Position numbers and translations under genes: made by a program
IMG/VR virus record: IMGVR_UViG_3300022173_000070
Coordinates: 1 to 46,604 of that record
From: a virus
Taxonomy: Duplodnaviria > Caudoviricetes
Direction: 5' to 3' (one strand)
DNA: 46,604 nucleotides
Part shown: in pieces, positions 1 to 8,580 of the stretch
Numbering within the stretch: position 1 is the first letter of the stretch
Layout of the letters: each line of letters begins with the position of its first letter
The notes under the pieces: model-generated
Seen by the model: the letters and a program-made list of their open reading frames with translations, nothing else
The model's database searches: none
What the model was told of the DNA's origin: nothing

Positions 1-2
1 AA

Positions 3-127
3 TGACTTCGCGCTGGCTGTGTTCAGTGGTCTGCGCGCCGTTGGTGTCCACCACAGAAATGCCGTCGCGCAGCAATTCGTCGGTGGTCATGGTGATGCCC
101 AGGTGGAGCATTTTCCACGAAAACGTC
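3..127. repeat. 125-bp terminal overlap, identical to 46479-46603 (circular assembly)
   Basis: Direct comparison: TGACTTCGCG...GAAAACGTC occurs at both ends; it lies inside the capsid ORF and joining keeps the frame. Confidence 0.95.
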
Positions 128-381
128 AGGGTCTTGATCGGGGTTGGGTTGGTGAAAACCAGCGTGTCGTCAGAGTTGAAGCCCTGGACGGTGGACTGGG
201 TTTCAAAAACCGGGCGCAGCGTGATGTTCCCTTTGCCACCGGGGAACGTCTTTTTGTTGCGCATCATGGTGTCGAGCAAGGGCTTGCTCTGAATGTGCTG
301 ATAAAACAGCTTGCCCTTGTCCATGTGGTAATCGATTGCAGCCGCGGCCACGTTATCGATAACGGCTTGTGTGAGTGCCAT
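3..381 (-). CDS. Major capsid protein, 5' part (continues at 46603 down to 45817; 346 aa joined)
   Basis: ATG at 381 gives MALTQAVIDNVAAAAIDYHMDKGKLF..., open through the overlap into ORF 45817..46587; directly downstream of scaffold-like gene; GAGG RBS. Confidence 0.85.
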   Translation of the reverse strand, partial: MALTQAVIDNVAAAAIDYHMDKGKLFYQHIQSKPLLDTMMRNKKTFPGGKGNITLRPVFETQSTVQGFNSDDTLVFTNPTPIKTLTFSWKMLHLGITMTTDELLRDGISVVDTNGAQTTEHSQREV

Positions 382-399
382 GGTGAAGACCTCGCAGAA

Positions 400-1479
400 T
401 TACGCGTGTGTAAATCCTGCGGCTGACAAACAAGCGTCCTCGAAACTCTTCGGAGCGGGTGCGGTGGTCGAATTGCCAAGTGCCAAACTGCCTGCCCCGG
501 AAGGCCGGATTTCAGGCTTTTTGTGCAAAGCGCGAAGCGCTTTAGTCGCTTGGTCATAGGCCATTTGTGCGAGTTGCACGGCCTGCTCTGGCGTTTCCAC
601 ACGGTATTGCGTGCGCAAAAGCTTGAGCTTATCCACCACGAACTGCTCTTTCAGGGCGTAGTCAGGATCGCTGGTTCGTACCTGCGCTTCCCACTGGCTG
701 ACTGCTGAAACCATGCCTTGCCGGGCCTGCGTTTGCTGCTGCTCAGTCGCTTGCTGGTCGATGTGCTGACGGTATTGCTGGTTCTCGGCCGTCTGGCGAG
801 CCAGAAGGTTACGAGTCCGTACCGTTTCGCGGGCGATTTCTTCCGTGGTAAAGCCTTCGTCGACTTGGCGTTGCAAGTCAGGCGGCAGGACGTTTCCCAG
901 GAACGAATCGATTCTGTGCAAGTGAGTTTGCAGCGCTTCACGGGCGGCCGCGGGATCGGTTTTCATCAGCGCCATGATCTTGAATCCGTCGATAACCTCG
1001 GCGGGTTGCAAGCCATTGCTGCTCATGTACTGTTCGATCAGGCCGTATTCGTCAGCGCGGGGGCGCAGCGCTTCGATTTCCTGAGAAACGGCTTCTGCCT
1101 TTTCCCGGTATTCGTTGCGTGCCGCTACCATTTTTTGCCAGCGCGGGTGTTTGCCGAAGGGTTCCCCTCGATCCTCACCGTCGTCCTCTTCCTCGTCCGT
1201 GTCCGGTTGGTCCGCTTTGGCGGGGGTTTTCGGATCGGCGGGAGTTGGTGCGCTGCCTGCTACGGGTTTCTCTGGCTGTTCCTCGCCATTCGGCTTGGAG
1301 TCTTTCGTTTGATCAGCAGCCTGGAGTGCGGCCTCCAAGAATTTCGCGTGGTGCTCTGCTTCACTCAGCTCAGGTTCCGGTGCAGGAGATTCGGTTGGTT
1401 GAATGTCCGAATCCACGGCTGACGACGCCGCTTGCCCTACGTCTGCGATTACTTCTTCATCCACTGGCGAAGTGGCCAT
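400..1479 (-). CDS. Capsid scaffolding protein (359 aa)
   Basis: Acidic/Pro-rich N-terminus and coiled-coil body; position between portal and capsid; start moved to MATSPVDEE because the ORF-track start is inside an octamer array. Confidence 0.7.
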   Translation of the reverse strand: MATSPVDEEVIADVGQAASSAVDSDIQPTESPAPEPELSEAEHHAKFLEAALQAADQTKDSKPNGEEQPEKPVAGSAPTPADPKTPAKADQPDTDEEEDDGEDRGEPFGKHPRWQKMVAARNEYREKAEAVSQEIEALRPRADEYGLIEQYMSSNGLQPAEVIDGFKIMALMKTDPAAAREALQTHLHRIDSFLGNVLPPDLQRQVDEGFTTEEIARETVRTRNLLARQTAENQQYRQHIDQQATEQQQTQARQGMVSAVSQWEAQVRTSDPDYALKEQFVVDKLKLLRTQYRVETPEQAVQLAQMAYDQATKALRALHKKPEIRPSGAGSLALGNSTTAPAPKSFEDACLSAAGFTHA

Positions 1480-1498
1480 ATCTACGCCCCTTAGTAGG

Positions 1499-1546
1499 CT
1501 GTACGAATGGACAATTGGACAAATGTACATTTGAACAATTGAACAT
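1499..1546. repeat. Octamer array 1 (6 units)
   Basis: CTGTACGA ATGGACAA TTGGACAA ATGTACAT TTGAACAA TTGAACAT. Confidence 0.9.
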
Positions 1547-1603
1547 CGAAAACGAATCTATGGGCGCAGTATAGCGCTGTCCACGACGGACGCCAGCGGA
1601 CAG

Positions 1604-1849
1604 TTATGTTTTGGAATGGGTTTTTCTGATGGCGTTCCACAAAACGGGCACGGCCGGATCGTCGCCACAGTACGACGTACAGTCGCAAGACGTCGTTTCA
1701 CTGCCAGCGTAGCAAGGGAGATTCGGCGGGGTGTCACGCATGGGGACCAGATAGGCCGCGCCGATATCCGGCATGAAGCACTCGCACCCGGCCAGGGTCG
1801 TCTGGCATTTGAGGCAAATATGCACTTTGGTGTACTTGGAGAAATTCAC
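1604..1849 (-). CDS. Small Cys-rich hypothetical protein (81 aa)
   Basis: GTG start with GGGAG RBS upstream; same strand as late genes; CxxC and CxC motifs. Confidence 0.5.
   Translation of the reverse strand: MNFSKYTKVHICLKCQTTLAGCECFMPDIGAAYLVPMRDTPPNLPCYAGSETTSCDCTSYCGDDPAVPVLWNAIRKTHSKT
1671..1687. promoter_or_regulatory. 17-bp palindromic operator-like site
   Basis: TACGAC-GTACA-GTCGCA; matches TRCKAC-N5-GTMGYA but lies inside a possible ORF. Confidence 0.45.
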
Positions 1850-1865
1850 TACGCACTCCCTATCA

Positions 1866-2590
1866 AAATCTGCTGGGCCTAACCCTTAATGGTACGGCAG
1901 ATTTCGCGTAGAAACGCTTGGATCAGGGCGGGGGCGAAGAAAGGAAGTCGCCTAGCGGCTCCGTTGTGTGGCCTTGTCCTACGCTGCGCTACGGAACGGC
2001 CGGGAAAATGCTCTCGCTGCGCTCGGCAGTTGTTGACGTTTTGCCCTGCTCGGCGCAGACCGGATGGTGAGGGGGTGGTGGTTCGGGCAAAACTCGCCCA
2101 AGAACCTAGAAATTCCAGGGCAGTTAAACCCGAGGGCCAGACCGGACGGAGCCGGGGTATGGAGCCAATCGGGATGGGATTAGAGGGGGTTCCTCCCACT
2201 GCCAAGGTTACGACACACCGCGCCGCCGATTCTCGCCCTTGGCCAACGGTTTGGATGGCGATGCGCCCGAGGGAATACCCCAACCTAGACGCCCTGCAAA
2301 TCCTTAAACCGCAACTCGTTGCGATGTGGCTGGGAATCGATCCCCCGGTAGCCACCCAATCACCGAATACACGCCGTCGTCGCTGCACCTTCCACCCGTG
2401 TATTGCGGTGGATCATCGGTTAGCGAAACGCCATCAAGAGCTTGTCTAGGGGGACTGATCCCAGTAGAATGTCCAGACGGTTCACGCCATCCCCGCGAAA
2501 GAGATAGTCCCGTGATCCAGTGACCAGCGGCCCTTGCAGGGGCGGCTGGTCGGCCAAAGCCCGCTTATGCGGGCTTTGTGCTTTGTTAGG
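1866..2590 (+). ncRNA. Candidate large structured non-coding RNA (~700 nt), family unknown; strand tentative
   Basis: No credible CDS; at least ten stems found by eye, including long-range 1956-1964/2146-2154 (9 bp perfect), 2361-2373/2397-2410 and 2247-2256/2300-2311; ends in a terminator-like hairpin. Confidence 0.55.
2555..2587 (+). terminator. Intrinsic terminator-like hairpin
   Basis: CAAAGCCCGC-TTAT-GCGGGCTTTG followed by TGCTTTGTT. Confidence 0.65.
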
Positions 2591-2671
2591 CCGTGAGATT
2601 AGCGGCAAAATCACATCTGCTCAATAGGTTAGCCAACAATCTTGCGATTGTTTGGGGGAACTTTCGGTAAA

Positions 2672-2724
2672 TACGACAATTTGTAGTGTAGCCAAACGCC
2701 AGCTATTTGCTACACTCTGTCGCA
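2672..2724. promoter_or_regulatory. Two 17-bp operators overlapping the probable promoter of the lipoprotein gene
   Basis: TACGAC-AATTT-GTAGTG (2672-2688) and TGCTAC-ACTCT-GTCGCA (2708-2724); extended -10 TGcTACACT at 2708-2716. Confidence 0.65.
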
Positions 2725-2744
2725 ACCACACGGAGGTTCACGCC

Positions 2745-2993
2745 ATGAAAACCGCTCTGATCTGCCTGTCTGCCGTCCTTTGCCTGTCCGCCTGTTCAAA
2801 CGATCCCGTCACTAATTACCAATGGGCGCAATTCGCCAATGGTCTAAGCGCGGCGGCTGGTCAGCAGCAAGCGGATGCAGACGCCGCGTTCTACTACCGG
2901 CAGCAGCAGTTGCAGCAAGCGAATCAGGCTCAGCAGTTGCAGGAAATCAGCGACCGGATGCCCCCTGCGGCAAATTCCAGCGGCTGGTGGTAG
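2745..2993 (+). CDS. Small lipoprotein (82 aa), moron-like
   Basis: GGAGG RBS; signal peptide MKTALICLSAVLC with lipobox LSAC; opposite strand to flanking structural genes. Confidence 0.8.
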   Translation: MKTALICLSAVLCLSACSNDPVTNYQWAQFANGLSAAAGQQQADADAAFYYRQQQLQQANQAQQLQEISDRMPPAANSSGWW

Positions 2994-3094
2994 ACAAATC
3001 GGCTCAAGTTCGGCACCCTGCGGCCGGGATGAAATTTTCGTTCTTCGCCGGACGAACGCACACCCGTCCTGTGCGGCACTGCAAGATTCCCATT

Positions 3095-3137
3095 GAAAAC
3101 CCCGTTCGGGACTCCATACCGCAACGGGGTTTTCTTT
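3095..3137. terminator. Bidirectional terminator between lipoprotein and portal genes
   Basis: GAAAACCCCGTT...AACGGGGTTTTC inverted repeat between convergent genes. Confidence 0.75.
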
Positions 3138-3146
3138 GCCTGCGGT

Positions 3147-5366
3147 TTAGCCCATCGGGTTGCCTTGCGCCATCGAAACGACATTGCCTGGAGTGGTCGG
3201 CGGCATGTTGGTTTGCTGCGTAGCGCCCGGCCCCATGCTGCTACCAGCCGGGGGCTTTTGTGCGTTGTTCGCGCCCTGCGCCCCTTGCTGATTTGGGTCC
3301 GTGCCCGGTGCGCCCATGCCCGGTTGGACTTGCTGGTTAAGCGCTGTGATCGATGGCAACGACTGCGCAACGGCGTCCGTCGTGTCGATCCGGTCGTCCA
3401 AACGCTGCACCACTTGCTCGGCCAGCCACTGCGGTTTGATCCCCGGAATCTGCATCAGCAATGGCGCGAGACGCTCCATGTTCTGAATTTCCGCGGCCTT
3501 GTTTGGGCGTCCGCTGGAGCCGGCTTTGATATTGAGGGTCAAGTCCTGGGCAACTTGTTCGTTGCTCAGTTCGGGCCAAACTGCACCTGGACCTGCAATG
3601 CGGGTCACTTCCTCGGGCGACATTTCCAGCAGCAAAACGTGGCTGGCAGCCTTGGCCATTTCCGTCAGGAAGTCGTCCAAGTCATCGACGTTAGAGCCCT
3701 GCGCGGTCATCCGGCTGGACTCGGCAATACTCGATTCCGTGGCCGTCGAGCCACTGGTGCCGCCCAAGTTCGCCTCTTGCGTGCCCACCACTTTCAGCAA
3801 GTCGGAGAAACACGAATCGACCTCGTACAACGCTGGATCGACCGGACTGTACGGCACGCGCTGCAAGACCGAATCAATCGACGTACCGGGCACCATGCCG
3901 GATAACTCGACGACGGTGTGCGCGGCGGACGCCGTAAGATTGGCTTTGTCCTGCTCGTCGAGCAAACCTTTCGGCACGGCATGTTTCGGCCGGGCAGCGT
4001 CCAAATGCTCGCGCAACCGCTGACGGCGCAAGTTGTAGTCGACTTGCATGCCGCGCATCAGATGCACGTCCGATGGCGGGAAAATCGCGTCTTCGTCTTC
4101 GGCGTCGTTGAAGGTCAACACGAACCATGGCCAGAAGTTTTCGAGGCGCAGCGGCGGCGCGGCTGGCGGCACGATGAACGACGGAAACCCTGCACAGAGC
4201 GTCATGCAAGTGCCGGTGGCTTTGTCGTACAGCTCGTAAATCGCGCACAAGTCGCCCTGGCTGCGCTTGTCTTCTGGCCCGTAAAGCAGGGTATTCGTGC
4301 TGGCCGACTCGCCTTCGGACGTGTGCGAGTTGTAGTTGCTGGCCACGTCGACGCCGTAGATTTCTTTCACGTCGTCGCATGACAGCATGTATTCCTGCGC
4401 CACCCAACGAGCGCCGACGAAGCCTTTCAACTGGCGGCACCGCGGGTCAACGATCAACGATGTCGAAGGCGGGAATTCGAAGTCCAGCCCTTCTTTCACC
4501 AGCATGTCGGGCTCGCTGTTCGCGGCGGCGGACATGCGCAGCAACTCTTCGGATTGAGGGTCGCTTTGCTCGATGCTACCTTGTGCTTGCTCCAGGCCGA
4601 TGCGCTCAGCCCGGCGAAGGGGCTGGGTTGCGTCAGTGATCTTGTCCACGTCGCCGGGTAGTTTCTCCATAAACCGGTGGTAGCCCAGTTTCGTGTAACC
4701 CACGCCTGTGGTGATGGTCCGGCGCACCAGTTGTTTCATGCTGGTTTTGAACGGCACCGCCTGCTCGCCAATCTCGTATTCGTAGACAATTTCGAGCGTC
4801 TTGCCCATCTTGTCGGCCTGCACCCGGCGCGTCATGCCTTGCTGAACGTCCTGCAAAACCATGTTCGCCATCTGCAACATCTGCGGATCAGGCGGCGGCG
4901 TGCCGGGGATCAATTGCCCAGTTTGCGGGTCCATGGTGTCCGGCTGTGGCGGCATCAGCGCCTGCTTAAACGGCTCCAGGGATTCCAGCGAACCATCCCA
5001 AATCTTGAAGTCCAGGGTCTTGCGCCGCACGGCAATCGCGGTCGGGTTTTTCGCGTACAGCACCGCCACTTTCTGGTTCACAGCGCGCAGCGTGATGTTC
5101 GCCACGTAGCGCTGATCCTCGGGCGTTTGCTGGGGCCATTGCTCGCCATGGGCAAACTTCTGGTCTGCTTTCATCCGCTTGAACACGGGCGCCCATTGCG
5201 CCTTGGCCTTGCGGATTCGGGCAGTCCACTGCTTGACCAAGGCCGCTTCTGCCTCGCTCGGGCTTGGCGCTTGCGGCACGCCCTGCGCGGGTTTCGGCTG
5301 GCCCTCGGGACCGCCTTCACCATTCATTTCGCCCGGCATCAGGGGGCTTTGGTCGTCGTCCAACAT
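3147..5366 (-). CDS. Portal protein (739 aa)
   Basis: Immediately after terL; podovirus-portal size with Gln/Pro-rich tail; AAGGAG RBS before MLDDDQ at 5366. Confidence 0.85.
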   Translation of the reverse strand: MLDDDQSPLMPGEMNGEGGPEGQPKPAQGVPQAPSPSEAEAALVKQWTARIRKAKAQWAPVFKRMKADQKFAHGEQWPQQTPEDQRYVANITLRAVNQKVAVLYAKNPTAIAVRRKTLDFKIWDGSLESLEPFKQALMPPQPDTMDPQTGQLIPGTPPPDPQMLQMANMVLQDVQQGMTRRVQADKMGKTLEIVYEYEIGEQAVPFKTSMKQLVRRTITTGVGYTKLGYHRFMEKLPGDVDKITDATQPLRRAERIGLEQAQGSIEQSDPQSEELLRMSAAANSEPDMLVKEGLDFEFPPSTSLIVDPRCRQLKGFVGARWVAQEYMLSCDDVKEIYGVDVASNYNSHTSEGESASTNTLLYGPEDKRSQGDLCAIYELYDKATGTCMTLCAGFPSFIVPPAAPPLRLENFWPWFVLTFNDAEDEDAIFPPSDVHLMRGMQVDYNLRRQRLREHLDAARPKHAVPKGLLDEQDKANLTASAAHTVVELSGMVPGTSIDSVLQRVPYSPVDPALYEVDSCFSDLLKVVGTQEANLGGTSGSTATESSIAESSRMTAQGSNVDDLDDFLTEMAKAASHVLLLEMSPEEVTRIAGPGAVWPELSNEQVAQDLTLNIKAGSSGRPNKAAEIQNMERLAPLLMQIPGIKPQWLAEQVVQRLDDRIDTTDAVAQSLPSITALNQQVQPGMGAPGTDPNQQGAQGANNAQKPPAGSSMGPGATQQTNMPPTTPGNVVSMAQGNPMG

Positions 5367-5376
5367 AATCGCTCCT

Positions 5377-5424
5377 TTGTACATTTGGCCATTTGTCCAA
5401 ATGTACGGCTGTCCAAATGTACAA
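5377..5424. repeat. Octamer array 2 (6 units)
   Basis: TTGTACAT TTGGCCAT TTGTCCAA ATGTACGG CTGTCCAA ATGTACAA, filling the terL-portal gap. Confidence 0.9.
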
Positions 5425-5428
5425 GGCG

Positions 5429-7036
5429 TTAACGTAAGTAGCGCTGTGGGTCGTCGGTCTTTTCGCGCTTGCGTAGCCGGTCCGCGCTTTCCAGAATCCA
5501 TTGGATAGAGCCCGTCTGCGCAGCGCTGGCCAGCGGCACCACATTGCTGGCCCGCACGACCGAATCCAGACCAATGCCCACCCAAGAAATGAAGTCCACA
5601 AAGTCGTCATTGCGCCCGTTCGGGAAGTTCAGCAGCTCGTCCACCGCGTCGGAATACCAGCCCGCGAACGCGGGGAAGTGGACCTTTTTCATGCTCATGC
5701 GGGCTTGGATGGCTTGCGAACGCGTCATCTTGTCCCGCGTGGGCACGCGCTCGTCGATGGCGACGTAGGTTTTCGTCTCATTCATCCGCTTACGGAGAAA
5801 TGGGCCAATCGACAGGCTGATATGCCCCTTTTCCGCCCACCACGTTTGCGGCCGGTAGCGCTGCATCAGGTCCAGCATGGCTTCGACTTGCGTTTCGCCG
5901 TCGATTTGCCGCCAGACCAAATCGGGCAGAATCCAAATGTCTTCTTTGTCGTCGATGCCGATCACGCCCATGCACGTTTTGTCGCGCTTCTGCTCCAGGG
6001 ACACGGCATGGTCACTGGCGGCGTAGTAGCGCAAGTTGCGGGGCAAGTCGCCCGGCTGGTACGGCAAGATATGTTCGCGCTTGAAGTGGTTGCCTTCCAG
6101 CGGCGCCGGCCGTCCCATGTACAGCGCAGCAAAACCGCCCGGATCGAGGCGGCGCATGGATTCCAAGTGCGCGAGCGGGGTTCGCTCTGGCCACAGGATT
6201 TCGCCGGGCTCGCGGCCCAGTGGATCATCCACGTCAGCAAACGCCGGAATGTTGATCACAGTCCAGCGGCTGGCTTCGTGTGCGTTGTAGTACGGGCTTT
6301 TCGGGTCAGTGAGGCGACCGATGATGTCGTCTTCGTGCCAGCGCGTCGCACAGATCACCACAGCGCCCCCGGTGCCCATCACGCGAGACATGGCCGTTTG
6401 CGTGAACCATGTCCAGGTCGAATCGCGTTTCGCTTTACTGCGGGCCTCGTCTGCCGACTTGATGGGGTCGTCGATGATCAGCAGATCGCCGCCGCGGCCA
6501 GTGATGGTCGAGCCCACGCCTGCGAAGGTCAGGATTCCGCCGCGCACGGTCTGCAAACGTTCCGCTGAGGCGTTGCCTTTGCGCAGCGTCACGCCGGGGA
6601 ACACTTGCTGATAGAACGGCGAGCGCATCACTTCGCGGCACTCACGGCCGAAGTCCAGGGCAAGGTCGTCGGTGCAGGCGGCCACGATCACTTGGCGGTA
6701 CGGATCGCGCCCCACAAACCACGTCGGCAGTCGCCGGCTGGTCAGTTCTGACTTACCCACCCGCGGCTGTACGGAAATGATCAGGCGCAGAATCTCGCCA
6801 CGCTCCACTGCCATCAGCTTGTCAGACAGATAGTCGTGGATTTTGTGGGTCTTGTAGCGGCTGGAATCCGGGTTATCCGGGTCCGCGGGGTCAGGCATGG
6901 AGAGCTGGGTATAGCGCAGCAAGTTTTCTTGCGCCTCGCGCACTTGCACCAGCCGCTTGGCTGCATGGATTTGCCGCTGGTAGGCCTCGATTGCGTCTTG
7001 ACGCTCGCGGTCTACTGCCGTGGGTTTAGCCGCCAT
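5429..7036 (-). CDS. terL: Terminase large subunit
   Basis: Walker A VQPRVGKS, Walker B LLIIDDP, CATRWHEDD coupling motif, RNase H-like ASD and NDDFVD. Confidence 0.95.
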   Translation of the reverse strand: MAAKPTAVDRERQDAIEAYQRQIHAAKRLVQVREAQENLLRYTQLSMPDPADPDNPDSSRYKTHKIHDYLSDKLMAVERGEILRLIISVQPRVGKSELTSRRLPTWFVGRDPYRQVIVAACTDDLALDFGRECREVMRSPFYQQVFPGVTLRKGNASAERLQTVRGGILTFAGVGSTITGRGGDLLIIDDPIKSADEARSKAKRDSTWTWFTQTAMSRVMGTGGAVVICATRWHEDDIIGRLTDPKSPYYNAHEASRWTVINIPAFADVDDPLGREPGEILWPERTPLAHLESMRRLDPGGFAALYMGRPAPLEGNHFKREHILPYQPGDLPRNLRYYAASDHAVSLEQKRDKTCMGVIGIDDKEDIWILPDLVWRQIDGETQVEAMLDLMQRYRPQTWWAEKGHISLSIGPFLRKRMNETKTYVAIDERVPTRDKMTRSQAIQARMSMKKVHFPAFAGWYSDAVDELLNFPNGRNDDFVDFISWVGIGLDSVVRASNVVPLASAAQTGSIQWILESADRLRKREKTDDPQRYLR

Positions 7037-7256
7037 AGCGTTGGTCAGCCTTCACTTCGGCCGCCAGCTTTGGCTGCTGAATCAGCCGGGCGATGATCGC
7101 GGCGGCGGTCAGCAACGCCGACAACCAGGGCGGCAGAAATGCCGACACGGCGGGCAACCACTGGTCTGCCGCGGAGACGATGACAGCGGCCGTTCCCAGT
7201 TGCACGGAACTCAGCTTGTACGCTTTCTGCCAACCCGTGATCAGTTCGACGCTCAT
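7026..7256 (-). CDS. Small two-TM membrane protein of the lysis cassette
   Basis: 76 aa, two hydrophobic segments, overlaps the endolysin stop. Confidence 0.7.
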   Translation of the reverse strand: MSVELITGWQKAYKLSSVQLGTAAVIVSAADQWLPAVSAFLPPWLSALLTAAAIIARLIQQPKLAAEVKADQRYGG

Positions 7257-7879
7257 AGCTCAGCCCCTTTTAGGATCGCGGTGATTTTTTCGAACCGCGC
7301 TTGACGGTCAGCAGCGCCAATCTGGCCGCCGTTGATAATTTTTGTGGTGCCCTTGAAGTCGCCACGGTCCATCCGCTGGTTCAGCGCGTAGCGGTTCCAA
7401 TACCAAGCGGCCGCCTCCAGTGCGTAGGGCGGATGGGCCAGTTGTTCGGGGTTGTTGATCAGGTCCAAGCCGATGGCCCGGCCGGTGTCGGCGTAGTTAC
7501 TTCGCCCCGTGGTCATGAAGGCGCCGCGGCCGCGGTACAGCCAGCCGTCTTCGCTCGTTTCATTGCCCATGCGGTTGGCGTAGCAGTTGTTCGCGATGGC
7601 CTTGGGATTGCGCGCCAGCTTGACCGCCAACGGCGTGGGCTTGCCGTCTGCGGCCCGGTAGCGTTTGGGCCATGTCGAGGCGAGCCCTTCGGCGCTGTAG
7701 TTCAGGTTTTCCACAAGGCGGGTCAGGTCGGCGGACTCATGCCCGACTTGAGCCAGGAAGCCGGCGATGCGGTTGGCGGTGTTGATGTTGTAGTCGAGCA
7801 ATGTCGCGTTCAGCGAATCGCACAGGTTTGGGTCCGCCTTGGGGAAAATCTGCTTGAATACGGCTTCGGTCAGTGTCAT
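7253..7879 (-). CDS. Endolysin, glycoside hydrolase family 19
   Basis: FLAQVGHES, ENLNYS, YRGRG, TGRSNY and INGG motifs. Confidence 0.93.
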   Translation of the reverse strand: MTLTEAVFKQIFPKADPNLCDSLNATLLDYNINTANRIAGFLAQVGHESADLTRLVENLNYSAEGLASTWPKRYRAADGKPTPLAVKLARNPKAIANNCYANRMGNETSEDGWLYRGRGAFMTTGRSNYADTGRAIGLDLINNPEQLAHPPYALEAAAWYWNRYALNQRMDRGDFKGTTKIINGGQIGAADRQARFEKITAILKGAEL

Positions 7880-8190
7880 CGCGGGAACCACCGTCGATCT
7901 TGGTAGAGAACGCGGGCGATGTTGCCGCCGCTGTGTGTGATCAAAACCAGCACGACGGCGAAGAACAACACGCTCCAGATTTCGGTGTTCGGGCCATAAA
8001 CTGAAAACTTGGTCAGCAACTGCGCGGCCATGGCGAACGACGTACCGGCCAGAAGAAACGCCAGAAACGTCGAGAAATACTTAGTGCGGTTCGCGCTGGA
8101 ATACCCCAGCAGAACGCCGACCGTGGCTAGGTGAATGCCGATGCGGAAGCACAGAAGCACATCCCCATAGGCCAGTGGGTCACTGCTCAT
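7876..8190 (-). CDS. Holin (three TM segments)
   Basis: Three hydrophobic helices, GGNIARV near the C-terminus, ATGA overlap with endolysin. Confidence 0.8.
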   Translation of the reverse strand: MSSDPLAYGDVLLCFRIGIHLATVGVLLGYSSANRTKYFSTFLAFLLAGTSFAMAAQLLTKFSVYGPNTEIWSVLFFAVVLVLITHSGGNIARVLYQDRRWFPR

Positions 8191-8569
8191 CGCTGCCCCT
8201 TGTCTTCAACCTCAAGACTGCTTTGATTACGCTGTTCAGCCAGTTCGGCAGGTCGCCATCGTTGAGGACCATCAGGTTCAACGCGCCCAAGATGGCCGCC
8301 GCTAGCGCTGCGCCTAACACGCCGGCCAGCATGGCGGCGGCGCCGCCCACTGCGATGGCCGACGCGTAGCCAAAACCCCACGAAACCACCGTAAGGCCCA
8401 TTTTTCGGAAGAACTTGAACAACCGGCCCCCCGCGGTCGGGTCTGGCAGGAAGATAAAAAACACGCACCCAAAAGACGCCCCCATCGCTGAGCCGGGATG
8501 AAGCTGTGCAATCAACGCCCCCAAAAACAGCAGGAAGGCGACGAACCAACCTGGAACGAGGTCAGCCAT
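8180..8569 (-). CDS. Putative holin/antiholin
   Basis: 129-aa multi-TM protein at the head of the lysis cassette. Confidence 0.7.
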   Translation of the reverse strand: MADLVPGWFVAFLLFLGALIAQLHPGSAMGASFGCVFFIFLPDPTAGGRLFKFFRKMGLTVVSWGFGYASAIAVGGAAAMLAGVLGAALAAAILGALNLMVLNDGDLPNWLNSVIKAVLRLKTRGSDEQ

Positions 8570-8580
8570 GGGGCGAGTCC

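Noticed and set aside
2326-2360. tRNA/tmRNA-like 3' arm (GGGAATCGATCCC...GCCACCCA)
   Set aside because: No TTC T-loop, no cloverleaf and no matching acceptor 5' strand; treated as one hairpin of the larger structured region
1879-2449. ORFs 1879-2388 (-) and 1889-2449 (+)
   Set aside because: Arg/Pro/Gly-rich composition, no RBS, mutually overlapping; better explained as chance ORFs in GC-rich structured DNA
3010-3080. Hammerhead-like GATGA...GAA hairpins
   Set aside because: The CUGAUGA and GAAA core is incomplete and stems I and III cannot be formed
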